Of a DNA stretch of 64,000 bases, positions 26,893 through 36,043 are shown piece by piece. A model generated the notes under the pieces. That model searched no databases. It worked only from the letters and a program-made list of their open reading frames with translations, and was not told the DNA's origin. The position numbers were made by a program, and so were the translations under genes. Positions within the stretch are counted from its first letter, which is position 1, and every line of letters begins with the position of its first letter. Source of the stretch: a virus; IMG/VR virus record IMGVR_UViG_3300028608_000008, positions 60,246-124,245 of that record. One strand, given 5' to 3'.

Positions 26893-28901
26893 TGCAAACT
26901 CCAATGACCAAAGGCCAACGCAAACAAGCCCGCGACGATTGGCATCTGCGCTGGAATCAAGCGCTCAAACATACCGGCCTTGACCGCATTTACAAAACCA
27001 ATCTGCGCTTTGATATGACCACAAACAAAGCCAACAAGGAAACCCGGTTCACGGCCATTGGCTTTGCCCATATTCAGAATATCCCACAAACGTTTACCAT
27101 CGTCGGCTACGCAACCGGCGAGCAGAAAAATGGCCGCGCCTGTTTCGATATCTACGACCTATCCTATAGCCTCGGTTCGGATGTTGAAATGCAAATCGAC
27201 ACCGACGCCGAAGATATGCCGCCGTTGGCTGGCGACCTGACCGAAATCGGCCCGGCCATTCTCAACCGCATTTTCGAAAGTTTGCACGCGCAGTTGCCAG
27301 CGGTCGAACGCTCCAAAGCGGAAGCCGAACAAGATCGCCGCGCCTGTGACGAAACCCTGAAAAAGTTGGTACAGGCAGCGGTCAAGAAATGCCACGCTAA
27401 AGGCATCGCGTTTCAGTTTATTGAAGCGTACCGCTTTTTCAGTGACACCCGCGTAGAACAACCGTACTACGCAAAAGCTGTTTTCAAGATCAACGAACAG
27501 CACAGCGACATTCGTTTCAAGTTTAAGCGTATCGGCACCGAACAGGAATTCGTTCTGGAATCGGTCACGGTTGACGGGCGGGATCGCGAAATCAATTTCC
27601 GCGTGTCGCCGTTCACTGTTCAAAACGCAATCGTTGTCGGTATGCGCAACGCAATCAAATGGATCAAAGAGGGATTCAAGATGGACTCCACTGCAATCGA
27701 AAAAGACCCGGTAGCCGAACAAGTTGGCGCCAAGAAAACCCCGGCTGCGAAAAAGCCAGCCGTGAAAAAGACCGCCAAGGTTATCGAAAACGGCGAACTG
27801 AAAGATGCGCCAAAAGGCGCGGTCAAAGTCGTGAAGAAAAAGCCAGCCGTCAAACGTGCAGCCCGTCCGACCAAAGCTGAACTGGCCGCGAAGCCAATCC
27901 CGAAAATCAAAACCAGCCCGGACGATTTCAAGAATCTGGCAAACGGCATTATGGGCAAACCTCCGGTGGAAGAACTGAACGAAGACCAGCAACAGATTGT
28001 TCGCGTCTTTGCCGATCAACTCGGTGAGCCAGTTTCGAAATTCACAATGGCGACCGAACTCACGGCGACCGGCGCTGACGAACTCGACCTCGTTGAAATC
28101 GTGATGCAAATCGAAGAAGAATTCGAGTTTGATATGCCCGACAACATCGAGCACGAATGCAAAACCATTGGCGACCTGTACACCCACGTCGCCGAGAAAA
28201 AGGCCGAACTCGCCGCAGCCGCCGCAGCACAACCCAAAACCAAAGCGCGCCGCGCTTCGAAAGCGAAGGTCGAAGCGGAAACCGGCAAACAACCGCGCAT
28301 GACCACGCCGAAACCGAAGGCGAAAGGCAAACCGAAAGCCGCTGGTTCTGCAAACTTCGACGCGGTTAATGACGGCAAGCTGGCGAACCGTTCGAACAAC
28401 CAAACGGCGAAACCTTTGCCTGCGCCGAAAACCAAAGCCGATTCGCTCAAGTGGGATTCGCTGGACGAGGCGGAACTGGTGCGCATGCGCAAACAGTTGG
28501 TGACGACCGCCACCCGAATCAAACTGTTGGAACGGGCGAAAGAAAACGGCGTGACCGCCTCGGTTCAAGTGACCGCTGACGTGAAAGCGAAAATGAAAGA
28601 CGAACTGTTGATTGCCGAAATCAAACAGTTGGCAAACCTCTACGGCTTCACGTTCTACAAAGCGAAAAAGGTCGAAGACTTCGCCGACAAGTTTACGCTC
28701 AAGCGCACGTATATGGACGGCACCAAAGTCGCAATCGTGATTCATTACGACGACAGTTCGCAACACCGTTTCGTAATGGAAACCGATAAGCTGCCGAAAG
28801 GCGCGAAGAACAGCCTCCACACGCTGCCGGTCGAACTGAAAACCAAAGCGCAGATGTTGGCCGTACTGCGCAAGCTGGGCGCCACCAACAACCGGAAGTA
28901 A
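26892..28901 (+). CDS. Multidomain protein with histone-H1-like AKP-rich linkers and an acyl carrier protein-like domain (Ser to Glu)
   Basis: 27981-28206 reads IVRVFADQLG...GADELDLVEIVMQIEEEFEFDMPD...KTIGDLY and aligns with AcpP (GADSLDTVELVMALEEEF..EIPD). Confidence 0.85.
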   Translation: MQTPMTKGQRKQARDDWHLRWNQALKHTGLDRIYKTNLRFDMTTNKANKETRFTAIGFAHIQNIPQTFTIVGYATGEQKNGRACFDIYDLSYSLGSDVEMQIDTDAEDMPPLAGDLTEIGPAILNRIFESLHAQLPAVERSKAEAEQDRRACDETLKKLVQAAVKKCHAKGIAFQFIEAYRFFSDTRVEQPYYAKAVFKINEQHSDIRFKFKRIGTEQEFVLESVTVDGRDREINFRVSPFTVQNAIVVGMRNAIKWIKEGFKMDSTAIEKDPVAEQVGAKKTPAAKKPAVKKTAKVIENGELKDAPKGAVKVVKKKPAVKRAARPTKAELAAKPIPKIKTSPDDFKNLANGIMGKPPVEELNEDQQQIVRVFADQLGEPVSKFTMATELTATGADELDLVEIVMQIEEEFEFDMPDNIEHECKTIGDLYTHVAEKKAELAAAAAAQPKTKARRASKAKVEAETGKQPRMTTPKPKAKGKPKAAGSANFDAVNDGKLANRSNNQTAKPLPAPKTKADSLKWDSLDEAELVRMRKQLVTTATRIKLLERAKENGVTASVQVTADVKAKMKDELLIAEIKQLANLYGFTFYKAKKVEDFADKFTLKRTYMDGTKVAIVIHYDDSSQHRFVMETDKLPKGAKNSLHTLPVELKTKAQMLAVLRKLGATNNRK

Positions 28902-28953
28902 CTGCAAACATTTTTGCGGCTCGCAAGGGCCGCTTTCCTACGGGGATTCCGCC

Positions 28954-29172
28954 ATGGACGTTTTTGTTTATTCAAACGTTTTCGCGCTGGTAGGACTGCT
29001 GACAATGGGCACGGCTGCCCTGATTATCATTCTGATTATTCAGTCACTCCAACTTCGCGATTGGCGCAAACGGGCGCTCATTGCGGAATCCGAATGCAAA
29101 CAAATGTACTCGCTGTACGGGCCACACCACGCCAAGGATATTTCCCCAAATGGAAAAAGTTTCTCGCTCTAA
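28954..29172 (+). CDS. Small membrane protein
   Basis: N-terminal TM helix. Confidence 0.65.
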   Translation: MDVFVYSNVFALVGLLTMGTAALIIILIIQSLQLRDWRKRALIAESECKQMYSLYGPHHAKDISPNGKSFSL

Positions 29173-30070
29173 GGTTCAATACGCCCCACAAATTGAACGC
29201 ATGCGTGATTCGTTTGTCACTGACTTCGAACACAACGGCCATCCTGAGTACCGCATTCCACAGGCCGACTTCGAAAATCGCGCAGCACTCTTTCTTCGCT
29301 ACGGCGAAACCGAAGAAGGCCGTTTCAAAAACATGATGCGCGACCTGATGAAAACCGCGCAACTGAAAATCAGCTTCCTTGAAGGTGAAGTGATTTTCAC
29401 CAAAAGCACTGCGCCGGTTCCGCAGGCAAACAAAACCCGCGCCGCTGATTACCGGACCCGCATTCCGCGTCCGCAGTGGCAAGGCATTCTCGACACGGCA
29501 ATGCCACGGATCATTGCCGACCTGAAACACCGGACGGCACCAACCACGTCGTATACGCACGCGCAGTTTTTCGACCTGCTGACGTTCTGGCCTAGCGATG
29601 CAATGTTTGTCGAATTGCTGGAAATACGTTTGGGCAAACTCGGTTACGATATCGAAGTGCTCAAGTCGGTCGTGCGTCTGAGCAACCGCAACGCCGGGGC
29701 TGCGAAGGTTACGAAAACTCCGAAGCCTCCAATCATCAAAATGTTTAACGCGCAGGAACTGTTTGCGGTTCTGGAGAAAACCTTCTGCCAGACGCTTGAG
29801 GAACTGCGTGAAATGAAGTTTGCAGGCGCGTACAGTCACGTCGTCACCCTGCAAGATCACCCGACGGATTCCGAAAAAGGTCCGCAAAAGATTTTCTTTG
29901 TTGACGAGGATATGCAAGTCGTCGGCGGGCGCAAGGTTGACGAAATCGAACTGCGCGTTGGCGATATCGTGCTGACCAATGAAGCGGGCGCCAAACAATT
30001 CCGCAAGGCAGTCCGCTTCGTCAACGAATCACCACGCCGCATGTGCAGCGTGCGCAAAATCAAATTCTAA
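29150..30070 (+). CDS. Hypothetical protein
   Basis: AAGGA RBS before ATG 29150. Confidence 0.75.
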   Translation: MEKVSRSKVQYAPQIERMRDSFVTDFEHNGHPEYRIPQADFENRAALFLRYGETEEGRFKNMMRDLMKTAQLKISFLEGEVIFTKSTAPVPQANKTRAADYRTRIPRPQWQGILDTAMPRIIADLKHRTAPTTSYTHAQFFDLLTFWPSDAMFVELLEIRLGKLGYDIEVLKSVVRLSNRNAGAAKVTKTPKPPIIKMFNAQELFAVLEKTFCQTLEELREMKFAGAYSHVVTLQDHPTDSEKGPQKIFFVDEDMQVVGGRKVDEIELRVGDIVLTNEAGAKQFRKAVRFVNESPRRMCSVRKIKF

Positions 30071-30088
30071 ACAAGAGGACGCAATACA

Positions 30089-30454
30089 ATGAAAGCTGTT
30101 TTTGAATTCAGCGAAGATGCACTGTTGGTAATTCTCGAAGGCGCAAAAGAGCGCGGCCTGAGTCCGGAAGATTTCATCATGGAAGCTGTTATCAAAGCGG
30201 ACCCACAACAATCCACCAGCACCATCGAAGTTGTTTGCGTGGAAGCCGTGCGCGCAGCGGTCAAGCTGGCACCCGGCACGGAGTTTATCATTGACGACGT
30301 TGTTCCGAATTTCCGCGAACAGCTAAACGTGCGTGACCGTCAAGCACTGGGCCGGATGTTCCGTGTCGAAATCGAAGCGGGCGAGGTTGCAACGTTTACT
30401 CGCCGCAATACCCGCAACCAAGCCATGTACCGCCGCAAAGGTTCGCGTGTTTAA
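30089..30454 (+). CDS. DUF1413-like putative nucleic-acid-binding protein
   Basis: EFIIDDVV...RQALGRMF...TFTRRNTRNQAMYRR resembles the DUF1413/LP1413 winged-helix pattern; GAGG RBS. Confidence 0.5.
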   Translation: MKAVFEFSEDALLVILEGAKERGLSPEDFIMEAVIKADPQQSTSTIEVVCVEAVRAAVKLAPGTEFIIDDVVPNFREQLNVRDRQALGRMFRVEIEAGEVATFTRRNTRNQAMYRRKGSRV

Positions 30455-30572
30455 AACGTAAACCGGACAAGCATTAAGGCCACGGTCGGCCTGTCACCGA
30501 AAATATAAGGCAGTCAGAATGACAAACACTTAGGGCCAAGGTTGGCCCCTACACTTCCTAATGGGGCAAACA

Positions 30573-30800
30573 ATGTTTAATAATCCTGAGTTGATGTTTC
30601 TAGCGTTCATGCTGGGCTTCGCAATTATTTTCGTGGTCGGCTGTGTCTACACGATCACCGTTTTAGTTTGGAAGGTTGACGCATTGGAGCGCGAACGCTC
30701 CTTGCTGCAACAGGAATTGCTTCACGCAAACGGCGTGATTTTCCGCCTGCGTAAAAAGCTGCACGACGAAAAGTGCGCAATCTGCATTGGAGATATTTAA
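30573..30800 (+). CDS. Small membrane-anchored protein
   Basis: TM helix plus coiled segment. Confidence 0.65.
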   Translation: MFNNPELMFLAFMLGFAIIFVVGCVYTITVLVWKVDALERERSLLQQELLHANGVIFRLRKKLHDEKCAICIGDI

Positions 30801-31283
30801 ATGGCCAGCCTCATGACACCGCATTCCGCGCAAGGCCGCATTCGTGCAATGATGGCCCGTCCAGAAAACGAAGCGAAACTGGTTTTGCTTCACACCGTCG
30901 CCGCCTACATTTTCGGCACCAACTTTATCGGGTCGAAGGATGGCGAAGGTATCACGCTGGAAGCGTTTGATAGTTTGCAGAAAGAACTGAACGCGCTCAA
31001 ACGCCAATTGCCGTTCCTGAAAATGGACGTGAAGGCTGGCGCCTCCGCTGATATGAAAGCGTCGTCCCATTACGAAGACGTTTACGACCAGCTTTGCGAA
31101 CTCTGCACGCCGCACGTTGTAGAACTGGCAAACGGCTGCACAACCATTTCCAAAGATAGTTTGTGTGGTTCGGTCGTGGACAACCTGAGCGCGCTGATCG
31201 ACTATTGGCTCGCTACCAAAGACGAAACTAAATTCGAACTTGGCGACCACATGATCGTCGGCGTTCACAGCGAAAAGGAATAA
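30801..31283 (+). CDS. Hypothetical protein
   Basis: GGAG RBS. Confidence 0.75.
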   Translation: MASLMTPHSAQGRIRAMMARPENEAKLVLLHTVAAYIFGTNFIGSKDGEGITLEAFDSLQKELNALKRQLPFLKMDVKAGASADMKASSHYEDVYDQLCELCTPHVVELANGCTTISKDSLCGSVVDNLSALIDYWLATKDETKFELGDHMIVGVHSEKE

Positions 31284-31285
31284 TC

Positions 31286-31771
31286 ATGTTTCAGGTAATC
31301 ACTTCGAAACCCAAACAGTTGCAAGCTCTGCTGGAACAGATTCTGTTTCGTCCAGACAACGAAACAGACGGTGCAGAATTCACTGCTGTTCTGTCCGTTT
31401 CCGAAATCCAAACCTTTCTGCAAATCGACGACGACGTTTTGATTGCTTGGCTTGACGCAAACAAGCTGCGTCCCCACGAAGACCAAGACCCAATCGTAAA
31501 CATGCTGGATGACGTTTGGGAAATTTGCGACAAGTTGCTGCTCAAACGTTATGCAATTGGCGAAGCGTTGACACCGCTGCTTACGCATTTCCAGCCGGGT
31601 TTGCTGACGTGGGAAATCGAAGACCGGTACGACCGCGAAGGCGGTTCGACTACCCGGCTGTTCCGCTACACGCCTTTGGAAGAACTCGACTTCGACAATC
31701 ACATGGACTGGTACGCGCAATTGCAAAAAGAGTATCAGGAAGCAAACGAAAAGGAAAATGCAAATGGGTGA
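31286..31771 (+). CDS. Hypothetical acidic protein
   Basis: AAGGA RBS. Confidence 0.75.
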   Translation: MFQVITSKPKQLQALLEQILFRPDNETDGAEFTAVLSVSEIQTFLQIDDDVLIAWLDANKLRPHEDQDPIVNMLDDVWEICDKLLLKRYAIGEALTPLLTHFQPGLLTWEIEDRYDREGGSTTRLFRYTPLEELDFDNHMDWYAQLQKEYQEANEKENANG

Positions 31772-32003
31772 CGAAACTTTCACCTCTCTCGACCTGTACA
31801 TGCTGCGCCATTCCGCGACCATGCTGTACGTTTCAATCATCAAACCAACTGACGTGGCGTTGACCAAACATTGGGGCGAAGCAATGTATTTCCCTTCGCG
31901 TGCCGTTGCATTGGCACAGGCCGACGATCTTATGCGCGCACGTCTCGGGCACTTCCAAGTCGTATCGTCGCAAATGGAATTGCAAATTGTAGGGAGCCGT
32001 TAA
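31758..32003 (+). CDS. Hypothetical protein
   Basis: ORF track; tiles with neighbours. Confidence 0.65.
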   Translation: MQMGDETFTSLDLYMLRHSATMLYVSIIKPTDVALTKHWGEAMYFPSRAVALAQADDLMRARLGHFQVVSSQMELQIVGSR

Positions 32004-32345
32004 ATGCTGCGTCGCACTCCCGAACAAGTCGCAATTCTGCTGGCCGTGCTGTTGGGCCGCGCCCCAAAATGGCGGGTCATAATCAATCGCGAACAAATCC
32101 GTCAATTGGGTGGGCGCAAAGAAGCGCCCGAAAGCTGGTACGACGAAATCAATCAGGAACTGCGCGAGCATGACGCGGTGATGTTTCCGTTTGGTGAAAA
32201 GTTTGCAATCTACAGCACGGTCAACACGCACAACTGTCACAAGATTCCCGCGTATGCAGTAGACAAAGTTTTGGAGAACGTGTCTTACAGCGAGTACCTG
32301 CGCGAAATCCAATTGGGCAAACAAAGCAAAGGCAGTGACACATGA
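32004..32345 (+). CDS. Hypothetical protein (family shared with 42327 and 59346)
   Basis: ORF track; by-eye similarity. Confidence 0.7.
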   Translation: MLRRTPEQVAILLAVLLGRAPKWRVIINREQIRQLGGRKEAPESWYDEINQELREHDAVMFPFGEKFAIYSTVNTHNCHKIPAYAVDKVLENVSYSEYLREIQLGKQSKGSDT

Positions 32346-32587
32346 GCCGGAACGAACAGAAAATGTTTGTAGTCGAAGTGGAAATCGACTTGGGCAATCC
32401 GTTTGAAACCATCGAACTGAATCGGTCGTATCCGAGCCACGATGCCGCAGACAACTTCCTGCCGGACAAGCTCTCTGACGTTTTGATCCGCGCCGGTGAG
32501 ACGTTGCAGGAAATGATTTACGACAACAAGTTCAACGAAGATCAAGTTATGAAAATCGTTGTTCGCGAATTGCGTGAGGGTGAGTAA
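32342..32587 (+). CDS. Hypothetical protein
   Basis: Overlapping start/stop with neighbours. Confidence 0.7.
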   Translation: MSRNEQKMFVVEVEIDLGNPFETIELNRSYPSHDAADNFLPDKLSDVLIRAGETLQEMIYDNKFNEDQVMKIVVRELREGE

Positions 32588-32952
32588 TGCGACTGCACAG
32601 CGGCGACGACGAATGGCACGCCAAAATGAAACGGGAACAGGAAGAACGCGACCGCATTTTCAACCTTCCCGAAAACGTGAAAGCCCGTGCGTTCCGTAAA
32701 GACCTGCGCCGGGTTTTCAAAAAGCACGGCCTGTCCCTTGCGCACCAAGATATGCAAGGCTCGTTGATTATCACCAATCAGCGCATGGAACAAAACCTGC
32801 GCTATCTGGACCACGCTTCCGTAGACATTCGCGACAACCCGAAAGAAAGCGATCCGGGTCATGATCCGAATTTCAATCCCGATCCGGCGCAACTGAATCA
32901 CGATCACGCATTCCTTTACCAAGAAGACGAGGACGAATCAAATGCAAGTTAA
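32587..32952 (+). CDS. Hypothetical protein
   Basis: ORF track; GAGG RBS. Confidence 0.7.
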   Translation: MRLHSGDDEWHAKMKREQEERDRIFNLPENVKARAFRKDLRRVFKKHGLSLAHQDMQGSLIITNQRMEQNLRYLDHASVDIRDNPKESDPGHDPNFNPDPAQLNHDHAFLYQEDEDESNAS

Positions 32953-33319
32953 TGCCACTGTTACCATTGACGAATCGGCAATCGCCAAGAAAGCCGAAGC
33001 GCGTATGCAGGAAGCAATCAACGAAGAATACGGCCATTGCGTTTCGTCCCTGCTTTCCGACAACAAACGCTGGGGCGCAAACCTCGGGCCGGTGCGTGCG
33101 CAAATCCGCAAGAAAGTCGAGTCGCTTGTCCTCGAAGCTATGACCGAGGAAAAGATTGATCCGGAAATCGAAAAGCGTTACGCCACCGCTTACGCCAAGT
33201 ATTATCAGGAAGCGCTGGACGAGGCCATCGAAAACCAAGCACGCAAAGCCGCTTTCGCCGCCGTGCGTAAACTCAAAGTTTCGGAGTTACAGAATGCAAA
33301 TTCATCAAGCGATTCTTGA
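32942..33319 (+). CDS. Hypothetical helical protein
   Basis: GAGG RBS. Confidence 0.7.
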   Translation: MQVNATVTIDESAIAKKAEARMQEAINEEYGHCVSSLLSDNKRWGANLGPVRAQIRKKVESLVLEAMTEEKIDPEIEKRYATAYAKYYQEALDEAIENQARKAAFAAVRKLKVSELQNANSSSDS

Positions 33320-33578
33320 TGCGCTGGAAGAAGGCATCAATATCGAACTGACCAAAGACGCAGTTGGTTTCCAGTTCGAAATGAACACCGGCGCGAAATC
33401 CGATATGCAAATTCGCCCGCGTGCTGACGGCAGGCTCGACGTGTTCCAGCGCTACAACGAAGAAAACGTGGTCGATACCTTTGACGAAATCTGCGATCTG
33501 GTTCGTGAAGGTATGTTTAACACCAAACACGTCGCGGAGTGTTGGGAAAAGGCACTCAAGAAACGCGACCTTCTGTAA
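33294..33578 (+). CDS. Hypothetical protein
   Basis: GGAG RBS before ATG 33294. Confidence 0.7.
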   Translation: MQIHQAILDALEEGINIELTKDAVGFQFEMNTGAKSDMQIRPRADGRLDVFQRYNEENVVDTFDEICDLVREGMFNTKHVAECWEKALKKRDLL

Positions 33579-33588
33579 GGAGACGGAA

Positions 33589-34110
33589 ATGGATAAGCAA
33601 CCAAACGAAAAAGGCACCAGCTATTCTTCTGCTGACGAAATCCGCGAATTGAAAGCGCGTATTGTCGAACTGGAAGAGGAGTTGCAGCCGTTCCTCGACA
33701 AAGAGTGGTTGAAGAACCGCGTCAAGCTGATCGTCGGCATTCTGTTTCCGGGCGGCAAGTACGACGCTCCCGGCGCGATGATTCCAAAAGAACATCGCCA
33801 CCCCGAAAAATACTGGTGGTGGAATGGCGTTGACCACACCATCGACGATATCGAAAACTGGGAAATGGGCGACGGGGTTTCCCTCGAACTTGAAACCTAC
33901 ACGGGCGGCGGCGATACCGACCGTTACGGTTTCGACATTCCGCGAGAGTGGTTGAAAATCGAAAACGATTGCGAGTGTGTCCGTACCGTAATCGAATGGG
34001 CGAAAGCCGGACACGAAGCAAAAGAAGCCGCCAAACGAAAATCTGAACTGGCGGCTGCTGAGCGTGAATTGGAAATTGCGCAACGCAAAGTAGCTCAACT
34101 CAAAGGGTAG
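33589..34110 (+). CDS. Hypothetical protein
   Basis: AAGGAG RBS before ATG 33589. Confidence 0.75.
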   Translation: MDKQPNEKGTSYSSADEIRELKARIVELEEELQPFLDKEWLKNRVKLIVGILFPGGKYDAPGAMIPKEHRHPEKYWWWNGVDHTIDDIENWEMGDGVSLELETYTGGGDTDRYGFDIPREWLKIENDCECVRTVIEWAKAGHEAKEAAKRKSELAAAERELEIAQRKVAQLKG

Positions 34111-34112
34111 GG

Positions 34113-34274
34113 ATGAAAATGACTGTAAACATTCGTTGGCTGTTTTGGGCCTGTGTCGCTGGCCTCGCAGCCGTAATGCTGCAACACTCCCCCGCTACGC
34201 CGTCGAATGTTTGCGGTTACACCGCGCTGTTCGTTTCGGCAATGGTTTTGGTTTATCGGTATAGGACAAAGTAA
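34113..34274 (+). CDS. Small membrane protein (53 aa, not in ORF track)
   Basis: MKMTVNIRWLFWACVAGLAAVML...; two hydrophobic segments. Confidence 0.55.
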   Translation: MKMTVNIRWLFWACVAGLAAVMLQHSPATPSNVCGYTALFVSAMVLVYRYRTK

Positions 34275-34276
34275 AA

Positions 34277-35248
34277 ATGGAATCTCAAATGACTCCGCAA
34301 CATCAACTCGCTCGCCTCAACGCAGCGCGGATGCAAACCTTTTTCGGCAAAGTGTATCCCGGTTGCCGCGTGCATCTGGTTACGTGCGAAACGGACGGCC
34401 TGACCTATCTGCAAATCGACGGCGTAGTTGCCTTTCTGATCGAACGTTCGAAAGGTATCGTCTCTACCAAAATCTTCCGTCACTCTGACGGCGGGCGTTT
34501 GTTCCTGTTTGACAACAGCCCGAAAGAAGGCGACCGCGACCGCCGCCTGAAAACGCACGTCCGCATGTGGCAACTGTTTGTGAACTCGCAGCAAGGTAAA
34601 GACGTTTTGTCACGCTGGAGAATCCCAACCGGCAACGCCACGCTGAACCGCATGCTGGAAAACGGAATGCCAACCACTACTCTACGCATGGTGGCCAAAA
34701 GTCCCGAACCTGATACCGAATCAGAATACAAAAAGTATGTGCCGCGCCAGCCTGTGGTAAAGCCGCGCAAGTTTCCGGTGCAGCGTTTCAACATTTTGGT
34801 AGTGCAGGACGGCAAGCACGGGAACCAACACCTCGACGCGTTCCTTGACACCACGATCCAGTTCCGCAAAGTGGCCGAACAACGCATTATTCTGTTTACG
34901 CAAAACCCACTGATGGAAAATCTGGTTCACCGGTTGAAACAGCGGCAAGATCACGCGAAGTTTGATCTGACGTTCCAGTGGGCGCAAACTCTGGAAGAAC
35001 TGACCGAGTGTTTTGAAACTGCGCAAACCGACAAAGCGGATTACGTTGACCTGCACCTGATCGTGGATGCGCCCGATCTGGTTGAAGTACAGGTAGAACG
35101 CCGCAACTGGTTCAACACGCGTTCGCAAACTTTCAAAGCCATTGCACTGCAAGACGTGGCCGAAGCGTGTCCAATCATTTCGGTAATCATCCCCGAACCC
35201 AAAATCGAAAAGGTTGGTGAACAATGGGCGGATCATTTGGCGGAATGA
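34277..35248 (+). CDS. Hypothetical protein
   Basis: 323-aa ORF. Confidence 0.75.
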   Translation: MESQMTPQHQLARLNAARMQTFFGKVYPGCRVHLVTCETDGLTYLQIDGVVAFLIERSKGIVSTKIFRHSDGGRLFLFDNSPKEGDRDRRLKTHVRMWQLFVNSQQGKDVLSRWRIPTGNATLNRMLENGMPTTTLRMVAKSPEPDTESEYKKYVPRQPVVKPRKFPVQRFNILVVQDGKHGNQHLDAFLDTTIQFRKVAEQRIILFTQNPLMENLVHRLKQRQDHAKFDLTFQWAQTLEELTECFETAQTDKADYVDLHLIVDAPDLVEVQVERRNWFNTRSQTFKAIALQDVAEACPIISVIIPEPKIEKVGEQWADHLAE

Positions 35249-35562
35249 TGATGCGGCACGCTATGCGACTCGGTATGGGTGGCGTATCTAGTGGCCTGCA
35301 AAAAAGCGAAAGCGTGCCTGCCGATGTTTCGTGGGCGCGCATTGTAGATCGTGAAACGAAGCATGAACTTGAGCGAATCAAACGTGAACGCGAAAGCGAC
35401 CGTGACCACGCAATCGACACGTTTCAGGTTTTGCTTTTGCGGCACCAGCAAGAACTGTACGACGCGGGTTTGCTGAAAGACGGCGACACCTTGTACAAAA
35501 TTCTTTGCCGGGCCGCTGGCATCCCGTACAGGAAAAGGAAACGCAGAAATGGGAAAGGGTGA
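35245..35562 (+). CDS. Hypothetical protein
   Basis: ATGA overlap with upstream stop. Confidence 0.65.
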   Translation: MMMRHAMRLGMGGVSSGLQKSESVPADVSWARIVDRETKHELERIKRERESDRDHAIDTFQVLLLRHQQELYDAGLLKDGDTLYKILCRAAGIPYRKRKRRNGKG

Positions 35563-36043
35563 AATCCTGTTGCCCGTTGCAACACCAATCGTCAAGCCTT
35601 CGCGTCACCTGACCACGCCGATGTTTACCGATTCGAAAATGTTTACCCACATTTTCCTGTCCCGACATTACGTTTCGGTTTACGGTGAAGCACTGTCGTA
35701 CTACATCGTGCAGGACAACGCTCTGAAAGAAGCCCGGCGCAAAGCAGACAGTAGACGCAAAGTGCAAATCGAAGTCTATTCGTCATGGTTGCTCGACGGC
35801 GTGTTGACCGAAAAGCTCATGCGCGAATTCCCTGACCCGGAAAACGCCACGCTGACAGACGTGTTGTGGAATGCTGTAAAGTACCTAAAGCGTAGCGGCC
35901 CGTTTGGCAAACGCACGCCAGCCGGTATGCGGGACGAAGACCGCAACTGGAAATTGTACACCGACGAAAACGGCGTAGAACGTTTACGTCTTTCTCTCGA
36001 ATACCAAAAGGTTCCTGTTTATGAAGCCGCGCCGACTCATTGA
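35549..36043 (+). CDS. Hypothetical protein
   Basis: ORF track. Confidence 0.7.
   Translation: MGKGEILLPVATPIVKPSRHLTTPMFTDSKMFTHIFLSRHYVSVYGEALSYYIVQDNALKEARRKADSRRKVQIEVYSSWLLDGVLTEKLMREFPDPENATLTDVLWNAVKYLKRSGPFGKRTPAGMRDEDRNWKLYTDENGVERLRLSLEYQKVPVYEAAPTH

Noticed and set aside
27981-28206. Functional acyl carrier protein for fatty-acid or polyketide synthesis
   Set aside because: The attachment serine is Glu, and no PPTase or synthase genes are nearby.
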